Source of the DNA: Nanobdellati archaeon | Lineage (GTDB): Archaea; Nanobdellota; Nanobdellia; Woesearchaeales; JAADFO01 | DNA length: 52,741 nucleotides | Assembly (NCBI GenBank): GCA_013152815.1 | Contig: JAADFO010000048.1 | Span: forward strand, 1-52,741 | Reading direction: 5' to 3' | Shown here: positions 8,654 to 16,946 of the stretch, piece after piece | How positions within the stretch are numbered: the first letter of the stretch is position 1 | Layout: the number at the start of each line of letters is the position of its first letter | Translations under genes and position numbers: made by a program | Notes under the pieces: generated by a model | What the model was told of the DNA's origin: nothing | Databases searched by the model: none | Seen by the model: the letters and a program-made list of their open reading frames with translations, nothing else

Positions 8654-8843
8654 CCCCGCTTCCTGGAAGGGCCCATCTTGAATATCTTGAGCACATAATC
8701 AGACGCATGAGAAAAAGGCGAAGAGAAGAACATAACACATAAATACGATGAAGGATATGATATGCTCATTACGCTCCTCGGACAAGAGATCCACACGGGG
8801 AGAGATAGAGACAGAGAGAAAATAAGTGAGGCGTAGGAAGACC

Positions 8844-9212
8844 ATGAAGACCATACTTGCAGTGGATGATGAAGAAAGCCTCAGACAGCTTATCGAAGCC
8901 ATCTTCGAACAGGAAGGATACCATGTCCTGACCGCATCGTCAGGACAGGAATGCCTTGACCTCCTCCAGAAGGAAAAGCCCGACCTTATCCTCATGGACA
9001 TGATGATGCCCGGGATGAGCGGAAGGGAGACCATAGAAAACATCAGGAAGAATCCCAAGACCAAGGACCAGAAGATCATCTTCCTCACCGTAGCAAGGTT
9101 CTCTGAGACAGGCAAGGATGTGCTTGGCAAGCTCAAGGTGCTGGATTACATCACCAAGCCGTTCGAGAATGCGGACCTTATCAAGACCGTCAAGAAGCAC
9201 CTGGGCAGATAA
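8844..9212 (+). CDS. Stand-alone response regulator receiver (CheY-like)
   Basis: Motifs: ILAVDDE, phosphoacceptor LILMDMMMPGMSG, FLT and YITKPF. No output domain. Confidence 0.95.
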   Translation: MKTILAVDDEESLRQLIEAIFEQEGYHVLTASSGQECLDLLQKEKPDLILMDMMMPGMSGRETIENIRKNPKTKDQKIIFLTVARFSETGKDVLGKLKVLDYITKPFENADLIKTVKKHLGR

Positions 9213-9300
9213 GGGGACGGATCCTTCGGATCGCGTAATTCTTAATTCTCTATCGGAGATCCGATAACCCAGATCTTTCCCGGCAACGTAATGTCCAGAA

Positions 9301-12300
9301 TCAACCTTCTGATCCTTTCCCGCTCTGTTTCTCTTTTCTTGTCCGGGACACTCTGCTGCTCTTCCTTGCCGCGCCCCTGCGGGAACCTGATCTTCGGAGA
9401 TCGTCTCGCGGGGCATCAGCTTTTCCAGCATCAACTCTTCCCGGCATGATGTTGATGGTCTTCTTCATGGTCTTCGGAGCTTTCAGAGGAAGGATGAACG
9501 AGAATGTCGAGCCGTTTCCCGGGCTGCTCTCTGCCCATATCTTCCCGCCCATGGCCTCGATGAACCCTCTGCTGATGGAGAGCCCGAGGCCTGACCCGCC
9601 TATCTGTCTGGTCAGAGGAGAATCGACCTGATAGAAACGCTCAAAGATCTTCTCGAGACTCTCCGGGGGGATGCCCTTGCCGGTATCAGAGACACTCACC
9701 TTGATGTCCTTCTGTCTCCTCTCGACAGTGAGGGTGATGGTCCCCTTGTCAGTATAGTGCACTGCATTGTTGACCAGGTTACGGATGACCTGGATGAGCT
9801 TGTCCTTGTCGATAAAGACCGAGGGAAGCGAGCGGGGGATATGAGTCTGGAAGCGAAGGCCCTTCGCTTTCACCTGGAGCGTTACCTGAGGCAAGCAGGC
9901 ACCGAAGACCTCACCAAGATTCACTTTCTCCCAGGCAAGCTTGAGGGTCCCGATATCCATCCGGGAAAGCTCGAGGATGTTGCTGATCAGCTCCCCGAGC
10001 CGGGTGGTATCGTTATAGATTATGGTCAGAAACTTCTGACGCTTCTTCTTGTCGTTCGCCACCGCCGGATTCTTCAGGAGATCGGTGAATCCCTTGATGC
10101 TCGTCAGCGGAGTCTTCAATTCATGGGCCGCGATGGAGATGAACTGGTCCTTCTGGAAATCCAGCTTCTCCAGTTCGTTCATGCTTTCCTTCAGCTTTCT
10201 TTGGGCGATGACGAGCCGGTTCTTGGCCTCGTCAGAATCCTCAAGTATGTTGAGCATGGCCGCTTTGTTCCTCTCGAGCTCGTCCACCTTAGCCCTGAGC
10301 TCTTTCGTCTTCCTGCGGACGATCTTCTCGAGATCCTTGCTATGGCCTGCAAGCTTCTTGTTGGCCTCGTTTAATTCTTCTGTACGGTGCTTCACGGTAA
10401 GCTCAAGAGTCGTATTCATCTTTGCAAGCTCTTTTGTCTGCCGTTGGACTTCCATGCGAAGATTCTTCGTGAGGATGATAAAGGAAAGGATCCCAAGAAG
10501 CACGACCATCACGACGATGGTGATTGCAGAACGCCAGATCCGGGAAAGAGATGCTGAGACACCTGCATAGATGGTGTCGAGGGGCTCGACGATGACAAGG
10601 GTCCATGTATCTTCCCCAACCTTGAAGGACTCGTAGACCCCGAGTTTCTTCGCATCAGGAGCGTCTCCAGACGAGACAATGAACGATTCAGAACCCCGGA
10701 CACCCAGGAAGAAGGAGCCCGATGGAGGAACTCCCCCCTGCTTCTCTGTCGTCAAAACACCGGACAAGATCCCTGCCAGCCCCGAATCCTCTGAACCGCT
10801 ACCATGGAACGTCTTGTTATCTATCAGCAGATGCACATCAAGACCGGTCTCTGCTCCTATCGACATGATATGACGGTCGAGAATAATCTGCAGGGGGATG
10901 TTCATCCTCAGCAGACCCTGTTGGGTGTTGTTCCTTTCGATGGGAACGATGACAGAGAATACCGAATCGTTGTACGCTGTCCGGAAAAGAGATGATATGA
11001 CCGGTTCGTCCTTTTCCAGGGCATCTTTCACTCCTGGTTTGTTCGTATAGTTCTTTTCCTTTCCTTCATAGAATCTATTGAACGGCACCCGCATCAGGAC
11101 CATGCCGTTCTTGTCCATCAGATAGGCACTCTCTATGTTTCCCGAAAGACGTGCATAGAGATGAGAGAGGACAAGAAACGAAGCCCTCTTTTCTCCTGCA
11201 TCCCATGCACCCACACCTCCTGCACCCAATAGCTGCGGGTCTTTGCTTGTAATGTAAGCATCATTGAGAATGGTGGAGAACTCTGAGGTTATTTCATTGG
11301 CTTTGATGTCCGCAAGCAGGGAAAGGCGGGCTTTTGTCTGCGAAAGGGTCTCGGTTTTGTAACTGATGGCTGACTTGTCAGCATTGAACAAGAAGGTCGC
11401 GATGATGATGAGGAGGACCATGCCCAGGATGACCATGATGAAATTTGCCTTGTAGCTCAGGTAACCCTGCCGGAAAAGGGCAAATCCCACCAACAGTGCC
11501 ATGAGGACAGGAAAAATGAGCGGGATGAGCGGATTGCGCAGACCGAACAGGCTTTCAGAGAGCGCATGAGGAATGAGGAACGCAAGGGAAAGAAGAAACC
11601 CATAGAAGAAATATTTCATCCGTTTATCCTTGCGTATGAGATATTCAAGGAAGAGTACGGTGAAAGAGACGACATAGAGGAGGATGAGGAGCAGGATTAA
11701 AAGGTCAAAATAAGCCCCCCGGACCAGACCAACAGTACCGTAGGCAGCCAGGAGGTCTGGCTGCAAGACCGCGCCTTTCACGACCTGGTCGCTGAAGAGG
11801 GTCCAGCTGATCATCATGATGGAAAGCAGATGCATGGTCCCCAGGACAACCCGATGAAGATGATATCTCGCGACACTGAACATGGTCAACAGATAATAGA
11901 AAGAGAACATGTACGCCAGGACAAAGATCGTGCGCGCCAGATAGGTGACCAAAGAAAGATCATGGACATGCAACCGGAAGGTATAGGTCATCAGCAGCAG
12001 CAACCCAAAGACCAGCATAAGCCGATAGGAGATGGTGACGCGTTTGTCTGATGAATGCCGGTTGATGGACCAGAACAGGAAGAAATAGATCAAGAAGCCG
12101 AGCAAGAAGACAGAGAGATACGTATAATTAAGCGACGAGAAAAGAGAGGGGATCATGACGTTGTCATCTTCGAAAGCATATTCATCCAGATAGGTGGTGG
12201 CAGCGACAGTAAGACCCACGCCGTCTGCGGTCCTTCGGCGAACCGGAGTGATATACATGTACTTTTTCCTCAGGGAACCATCAGGATCTTTCCAGTCATA

Positions 12301-12747
12301 CAGCCCCTCTGCGGTACGCCCCCCCTCGGTCTTGACCATGATGCCCCAAAAGCTCGGCAGTTTCCCGGCCAGGGTGTGGAGGTCCATATCGACGATCTTC
12401 GGATCCTTGTGAAAACGGGCAATGAGCGTATCATAGTCTGTCACCGCCGTGTATCCTGTCTTGCCCACCCTCTGGACAGCCAGGGTCTGGAAGTAGGCAT
12501 CCTGCTGGAGATCCTGCAGGGTCATGTCGGGATGGAACAGGAGATAGCTCCCTATCTGCTTCGCAACATCCAGGGCCGTCTGTTTAATCGCCGTCTTTCC
12601 ACGCGAGAAGGCCAGAGAGTTCCCGGAAGCATCCTGAACAGACTGAGCGATGACCGAAGGAGCAATGAGCAGGGAACCCGGCAGGATGACAAGCAAGGAC
12701 AATAAAACAAGCCTTCCGGGCCATCCCCTTGACTGACCAGAGATCAT
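9301..12747 (-). CDS. Membrane sensor histidine kinase: signal peptide, Cache-like, 7TM block, TM, dCache-like, TM, coiled coil, HisKA, HATPase_c
   Basis: H-box FISIAAHELKTPLT, N-box NLVNNAVHY, DTGKGI, FERFYQ and GSGLGL. Nine hydrophobic helices follow the signal peptide. Cache-like motifs: VGKTGY...YDWKDPDG and AYLMDKNG...PVISSLF. Confidence 0.93.
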   Translation of the reverse strand: MISGQSRGWPGRLVLLSLLVILPGSLLIAPSVIAQSVQDASGNSLAFSRGKTAIKQTALDVAKQIGSYLLFHPDMTLQDLQQDAYFQTLAVQRVGKTGYTAVTDYDTLIARFHKDPKIVDMDLHTLAGKLPSFWGIMVKTEGGRTAEGLYDWKDPDGSLRKKYMYITPVRRRTADGVGLTVAATTYLDEYAFEDDNVMIPSLFSSLNYTYLSVFLLGFLIYFFLFWSINRHSSDKRVTISYRLMLVFGLLLLMTYTFRLHVHDLSLVTYLARTIFVLAYMFSFYYLLTMFSVARYHLHRVVLGTMHLLSIMMISWTLFSDQVVKGAVLQPDLLAAYGTVGLVRGAYFDLLILLLILLYVVSFTVLFLEYLIRKDKRMKYFFYGFLLSLAFLIPHALSESLFGLRNPLIPLIFPVLMALLVGFALFRQGYLSYKANFIMVILGMVLLIIIATFLFNADKSAISYKTETLSQTKARLSLLADIKANEITSEFSTILNDAYITSKDPQLLGAGGVGAWDAGEKRASFLVLSHLYARLSGNIESAYLMDKNGMVLMRVPFNRFYEGKEKNYTNKPGVKDALEKDEPVISSLFRTAYNDSVFSVIVPIERNNTQQGLLRMNIPLQIILDRHIMSIGAETGLDVHLLIDNKTFHGSGSEDSGLAGILSGVLTTEKQGGVPPSGSFFLGVRGSESFIVSSGDAPDAKKLGVYESFKVGEDTWTLVIVEPLDTIYAGVSASLSRIWRSAITIVVMVVLLGILSFIILTKNLRMEVQRQTKELAKMNTTLELTVKHRTEELNEANKKLAGHSKDLEKIVRRKTKELRAKVDELERNKAAMLNILEDSDEAKNRLVIAQRKLKESMNELEKLDFQKDQFISIAAHELKTPLTSIKGFTDLLKNPAVANDKKKRQKFLTIIYNDTTRLGELISNILELSRMDIGTLKLAWEKVNLGEVFGACLPQVTLQVKAKGLRFQTHIPRSLPSVFIDKDKLIQVIRNLVNNAVHYTDKGTITLTVERRQKDIKVSVSDTGKGIPPESLEKIFERFYQVDSPLTRQIGGSGLGLSISRGFIEAMGGKIWAESSPGNGSTFSFILPLKAPKTMKKTINIMPGRVDAGKADAPRDDLRRSGSRRGAARKSSRVSRTRKEKQSGKGSEG

Positions 12748-12848
12748 CAGTTCACCATCACCTTCAGTTCACCATCACCTTCAGTTCACCATCACCTTCA
12801 GTTCACCATCACCTTCAGTTCACCATCACCTTCAGTTCACCATCACTT
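12747..12848 (-). repeat. Tandem repeat, 6 x 17 bp (minus-strand unit AGGTGATGGTGAACTGA)
   Basis: Plus-strand unit TCAGTTCACCATCACCT starts at 12747, 12764, 12781, 12798 and 12815 (perfect) and at 12832 (one mismatch). It spans the whole gap between the PAS and kinase genes. Confidence 0.97.
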
Positions 12849-15263
12849 GCTGCCCTGTTTCGCTTCCAGCTGTCGTATCCTCTTCTTGAGCTCCACCATC
12901 CGTAGTTCCCTGCCGACGGTAAATTTCTGGAAGCGTTCCAGGTCATCCACTTTACGCTGCAATTCGCTGTTCATCTTTTCACGCTCATGTTCTGCTGCCC
13001 GTTCTTTTGAGATATCCCGGATGGTTGCCTGAAGAGCGAATCGCTTATTCTTGCTGAATCGGGAAAGGAGGATTGTTGCGGGAAAGGTGGTTCCGTCTTG
13101 CCGTTGATGCACCCAATCAAAATAGGCATGCCCTTCCTTAAGCGCCATGGAAATCATCTTTTTTGCCTTCATCCTGGACAAGGTCCCGTCGGGTTGCTCA
13201 GGGGGAGAAAGATCCCACGGTGTCTTGGTGGTGAACGCTTCTTCACTCTTGCAACCGAAAAGGCTCAGAGTCGCCTGATTGCCCTCGATGAATCGCCAAC
13301 TCGGAGGAGCCAGGACCATCAACGCATCAACGGAAGAATCAAAGAGGGTCTTGAACTTGTTCTCACTCTCCCGAAGGGCAGTCTCTGCACGTTTTCGGTC
13401 AGTCACATCGATTACCGTCCCCAATACGCGACGCTTGTGCCCTTTCGCATCATAGTCCAACTCTGCGTGGGCATGAAGCCAGAGCTCCTTGCCATCACGT
13501 CGCCGGATACGATGGTCCAGGTCAAGAGCAGCGGTTCCCCGGAAGGCCATACGGAATCCCTTCTTGATCATGTCCCGATCACCAGGATGCACATACTTCA
13601 TCAACATGTCAAAAGTGACCTCATCGGTTCCGGGTTTGAGTCCATAGAGTTCGATGACCTCTTCAGAGAGATAGATCTTTCCTGTCTTGAGATCCCAATC
13701 GAGGAAACCCATCTTCGATACACGTTGTGCCTTGAGCAGACGACGCTGGAACTCCTTCATCTTCTCTTCTGCATCTCGTCTCAGGGTGATGTCCCTGCCC
13801 TCAGCAAGGACCATCTTGATCTTTCCCTGTTCATCATTGATGATGTTATTATACCAAGAGATGACTTTCTCTTTTCCGTCCTTGGTTCTTATGACGTTCT
13901 CGTGATGGAACAGAGGCTTTCCTTTAAGCAGACCGTTCAAGACGCTCCTGACCGGTTTTTGCTTTCTTGCCGGGATGAAGAGAGAGAACCAGTCCTTTCC
14001 CATGACCTCGCGCTTCTTGTAGCCCGTTATCCATTCAGCGCCTGCATTGAAGAGGATGATGCGTCCTTTCTTGTCCAGACCCACAATCAGACCGGGAGCG
14101 GTCTCGATGACCCGCTCAGAGAACTCCTTTTCCTTCTTTAGCTCCTGCTGATGCGCTTTCTCTTTAGTGATGTCCCGTTGGACAGCCATGAAACCCATGA
14201 TCTTTTGCTCATTGTCCAAGATCGGACTGAGCACCGCCTGCATGGTGACGAGCTTACCATCCTTCTTACGGTTGATGAATTCCTGCAGGATCGTCTCCTT
14301 CCGAAGGAGCCGTCTCCAAAGGGCGCGGTAGAAAGGCCTCTTGAAATGGTCTGATTTCAGGATGCGGGGAGTCTTTCCTGTAACGTCTTTCCAGGCATAG
14401 CCATAGAGCCTTGTGAAGGCAGGATTGATATGCTGGATGATGCCCTCCCTGTTGGTGGTGAAGATGACATCATTGGAGGTCTCAAAGCCTTTCATGAGCC
14501 AGCGCATCTGCTGCTCAGCCTCGTGCTGTTGGGTGATGTCACGCAACGATGTGTGAAGGCCGACTATCTTCCCCTGCTTTCTCAACGGAGTGCTCCACCA
14601 TTCGACCATGACAGGCCCACGGGGAGTGAACACTCTAGTTATCCCTCTGTTCTGCTTCCCTCTTTTCAGGTCGAGAAGGCTTTTGAGTATGGCTGGCCAT
14701 GCGCTCTTCGGCACAAATTCCAGCATAGAATGACCGATCAGGTCTTTTGGCCTGAACCCGTATCGTAATATGGTCTGATTGACCGAGAAGATCTTTCCCT
14801 TCAGGGATACGAGCATCTGGATATCCGGAGAATTATCGAATAGAGCACGAAATTCCTGTTCACGCTCGCTGAGCATCGTCTCCTGCTTCACCCTGCGGGT
14901 GATATCCCGAAAGACGGTCTGGTTATAGAGTATCTTTCCTTTGGACTTCCTGACATGGACTACGCCTTCCACATGAAGACGTTTTCCACGCTTAGTGATG
15001 AAATCAGTTCTCACGAGGGGCATCTTCTCTCCTGCGTTTATTCTCCGGAGGACAGATCTGCAGCGGGACCTAAAATCAGGATGGATGATATCGAAAAGAG
15101 TCATCTTCTCAGCTTCTTTTGAGGTATATCCCAGAATGCGACGCCAGGCCCTGTTGGTGTAGATCAGTTTTCCTGAAGGGGAGACACACTGCACCATATC
15201 AGAGATGTTCTCAGCGAGGTCCCTGTAGAAAGAGTCATCAAAGCGGTATCTTGAACCGGCCAT
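12843..15263 (-). CDS. Soluble multi-PAS sensor (6 PAS/PAC domains) with a C-terminal coiled coil and no catalytic output domain
   Basis: Six PAS units end in RDIT, RDIT, RDIT, RDIT, IDVT and RDIS. C-terminus is LERFQKFTVGRELRMVELKKRI. ATG 15263 has a purine-rich SD; alternative start is GTG 15287. Confidence 0.92.
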   Translation of the reverse strand: MAGSRYRFDDSFYRDLAENISDMVQCVSPSGKLIYTNRAWRRILGYTSKEAEKMTLFDIIHPDFRSRCRSVLRRINAGEKMPLVRTDFITKRGKRLHVEGVVHVRKSKGKILYNQTVFRDITRRVKQETMLSEREQEFRALFDNSPDIQMLVSLKGKIFSVNQTILRYGFRPKDLIGHSMLEFVPKSAWPAILKSLLDLKRGKQNRGITRVFTPRGPVMVEWWSTPLRKQGKIVGLHTSLRDITQQHEAEQQMRWLMKGFETSNDVIFTTNREGIIQHINPAFTRLYGYAWKDVTGKTPRILKSDHFKRPFYRALWRRLLRKETILQEFINRKKDGKLVTMQAVLSPILDNEQKIMGFMAVQRDITKEKAHQQELKKEKEFSERVIETAPGLIVGLDKKGRIILFNAGAEWITGYKKREVMGKDWFSLFIPARKQKPVRSVLNGLLKGKPLFHHENVIRTKDGKEKVISWYNNIINDEQGKIKMVLAEGRDITLRRDAEEKMKEFQRRLLKAQRVSKMGFLDWDLKTGKIYLSEEVIELYGLKPGTDEVTFDMLMKYVHPGDRDMIKKGFRMAFRGTAALDLDHRIRRRDGKELWLHAHAELDYDAKGHKRRVLGTVIDVTDRKRAETALRESENKFKTLFDSSVDALMVLAPPSWRFIEGNQATLSLFGCKSEEAFTTKTPWDLSPPEQPDGTLSRMKAKKMISMALKEGHAYFDWVHQRQDGTTFPATILLSRFSKNKRFALQATIRDISKERAAEHEREKMNSELQRKVDDLERFQKFTVGRELRMVELKKRIRQLEAKQGSK

Positions 15264-15323
15264 TCTCCCCTCTTTTTTTCTTGTCACTTACTTCCTCGTA
15301 CAAAGCTCATAGAAAGCAGTAGG

Positions 15324-15345
15324 TTAAAAACTATATATTCCTTTC
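15324..15345. promoter_or_regulatory. TATA-like element in the divergent promoter region between the PAS gene and the second KaiC-like gene
   Basis: TAAAAACTATATATTCCTTTCT can be read as BRE+TATA on either strand. Confidence 0.4.
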
Positions 15346-15508
15346 TGCAAGAGAGGGATAAACACAGCCGCAACAGACATCACTCTCCTCCAATACTCAC
15401 AAAAGAATAAATAGCCGGCCAAGAACAGGAGACTAGCAACATGAGATAGTGCTGCATACCTGCCGGATACCCAAGGGGGACCGACAAGCAGTTCAGACAA
15501 GGCATACT

Positions 15509-16801
15509 ATGGACGCATCGAAAGAACATCCGTTCATCCTGCATGACGGAACACCGGCCGCCAGTTTAGTGGAACTGCTCCATGCTGTCGAAGAAGCGCC
15601 AGAAGAGATCTTTCTTTATCATGTCACGTCGGAAAGGAATGATTTTGAGAACTGGATAACTGCCTGTCTCCACGAGCCTGAGCTAGCGCAGAAAATCTCA
15701 GGACAGCCGAAAAGGAAGAAGTTTCTCAGAATCCTGAAGAAAGCCGTCAAGAGACAAGAGAAGGATCTCAAGAAGCGCATACCTGAAGCTGGAAGTTCAT
15801 CTCCAGAGAACAGAGAACCTGAAAGAGACAACCACCTCAAACAGACGAACGTGCCGAAAGAGACAGAAGAACCATCTTTCTTTTCTGCGCCGGTTCCGGA
15901 AGAGATGCCGACCCTGCAAGAACTCGAAGAGACCCTCTCCCCTGATGATAACGAAGATAACAACACCAAAAGCCAGAAGCGACCGAACCAGCCCATCGCC
16001 AGGGAAGAGATCCTGCGCACAGAGTTCCAGGACGATGAGTCGGCCGGAGCGGAAGATGCCGAAGAAGAAGTGGCAAGGATAACCATCGGCGTCCCGGGAT
16101 TTGACGGTCTCGTCGGCAAAGGCGTCCCCAAAGGAAGCGCCATCCTCCTCACCGGCGGACCCGGGACCGGTAAGACGACCTTCGGCCTGCAGGCGCTGCG
16201 ATACGGCATCGAACAGGGAGAGAACTGTCTCTATCTGACCTTTGAGGAGAGTGAGAAGAACCTCATCCGTCACCTGAAGGATTTTGGATGGGACCCACGT
16301 CAGGCCATCGCAGAGAGACGCCTTATCATCAAGAAAGTCAACCCCATGCATCTCAGCAGATCGGTCGAGGCCCTGCTTGCACGTGCAAGCGGAGAGCTCC
16401 TCATAGACATCGATGAGGTGGAAGGGATCATCCCCTCAGGATTTCAGCCCGACCGGGTCATCCTCGACTCGCTCTCGGCAGTGGCAGCTGCTTTTGCCGG
16501 GACGAAAGAAGGATATCGCATCTATGTCGAGCAGATCTTCAACCTGTTCGAGCGCAGGGGGACCACATCGTTCCTCATCAGCGAACGGGAACAGACCACC
16601 GACAAGTACGCCAGGGCGGGAATCGAAGAGTTCCTGGCAGATGCCGTATTCATCTTCTACAACATCAGGAGGGAGAATGAGCGCGTCTCTGCCCTGGAGA
16701 TCCTCAAGATCAGGGGGACTCCGTTCCATAAGAAGATCGTCCCCTTCAAGATCACCGAAGGGAAGGGCATCGTGGTCTATCCTCAGGAAGCTGTCTTCTG
16801 A
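15509..16801 (+). CDS. KaiC-like ATPase with N-terminal DUF5752-like domain and acidic disordered linker
   Basis: N-terminus FILHDG...LVEL...FLYHVTSERNDFENWI...ELAQKI. ATPase motifs: Walker A GGPGTGKT, LTFEE, VILDS, GIEEFLADAV, LKIRG. Alternative start GTG 15449. Confidence 0.9.
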   Translation: MDASKEHPFILHDGTPAASLVELLHAVEEAPEEIFLYHVTSERNDFENWITACLHEPELAQKISGQPKRKKFLRILKKAVKRQEKDLKKRIPEAGSSSPENREPERDNHLKQTNVPKETEEPSFFSAPVPEEMPTLQELEETLSPDDNEDNNTKSQKRPNQPIAREEILRTEFQDDESAGAEDAEEEVARITIGVPGFDGLVGKGVPKGSAILLTGGPGTGKTTFGLQALRYGIEQGENCLYLTFEESEKNLIRHLKDFGWDPRQAIAERRLIIKKVNPMHLSRSVEALLARASGELLIDIDEVEGIIPSGFQPDRVILDSLSAVAAAFAGTKEGYRIYVEQIFNLFERRGTTSFLISEREQTTDKYARAGIEEFLADAVFIFYNIRRENERVSALEILKIRGTPFHKKIVPFKITEGKGIVVYPQEAVF

Positions 16802-16946
16802 AAACGAACGCGCTCTCCCAAAAAGAAGGTTCAGGGCCAGAGAAGCGAAAGTTTATCCCGTTTCGTCAGATGTTTACCCCGTTTTTCTTCGTAACATGAA
16901 CAGATATTTAAGGTTACACCATCTAGGAGAGTAAGGTGCGTAAGTG

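Noticed and set aside
12747..12848. 17-bp repeat as a CRISPR array
   Set aside because: The units abut with no spacers, are too short, and no cas genes are present.
2658..16801. Circadian kaiABC clock
   Set aside because: The ATPases are single-domain, lack the CII Ser/Thr phosphosites, and there is no kaiA or kaiB.
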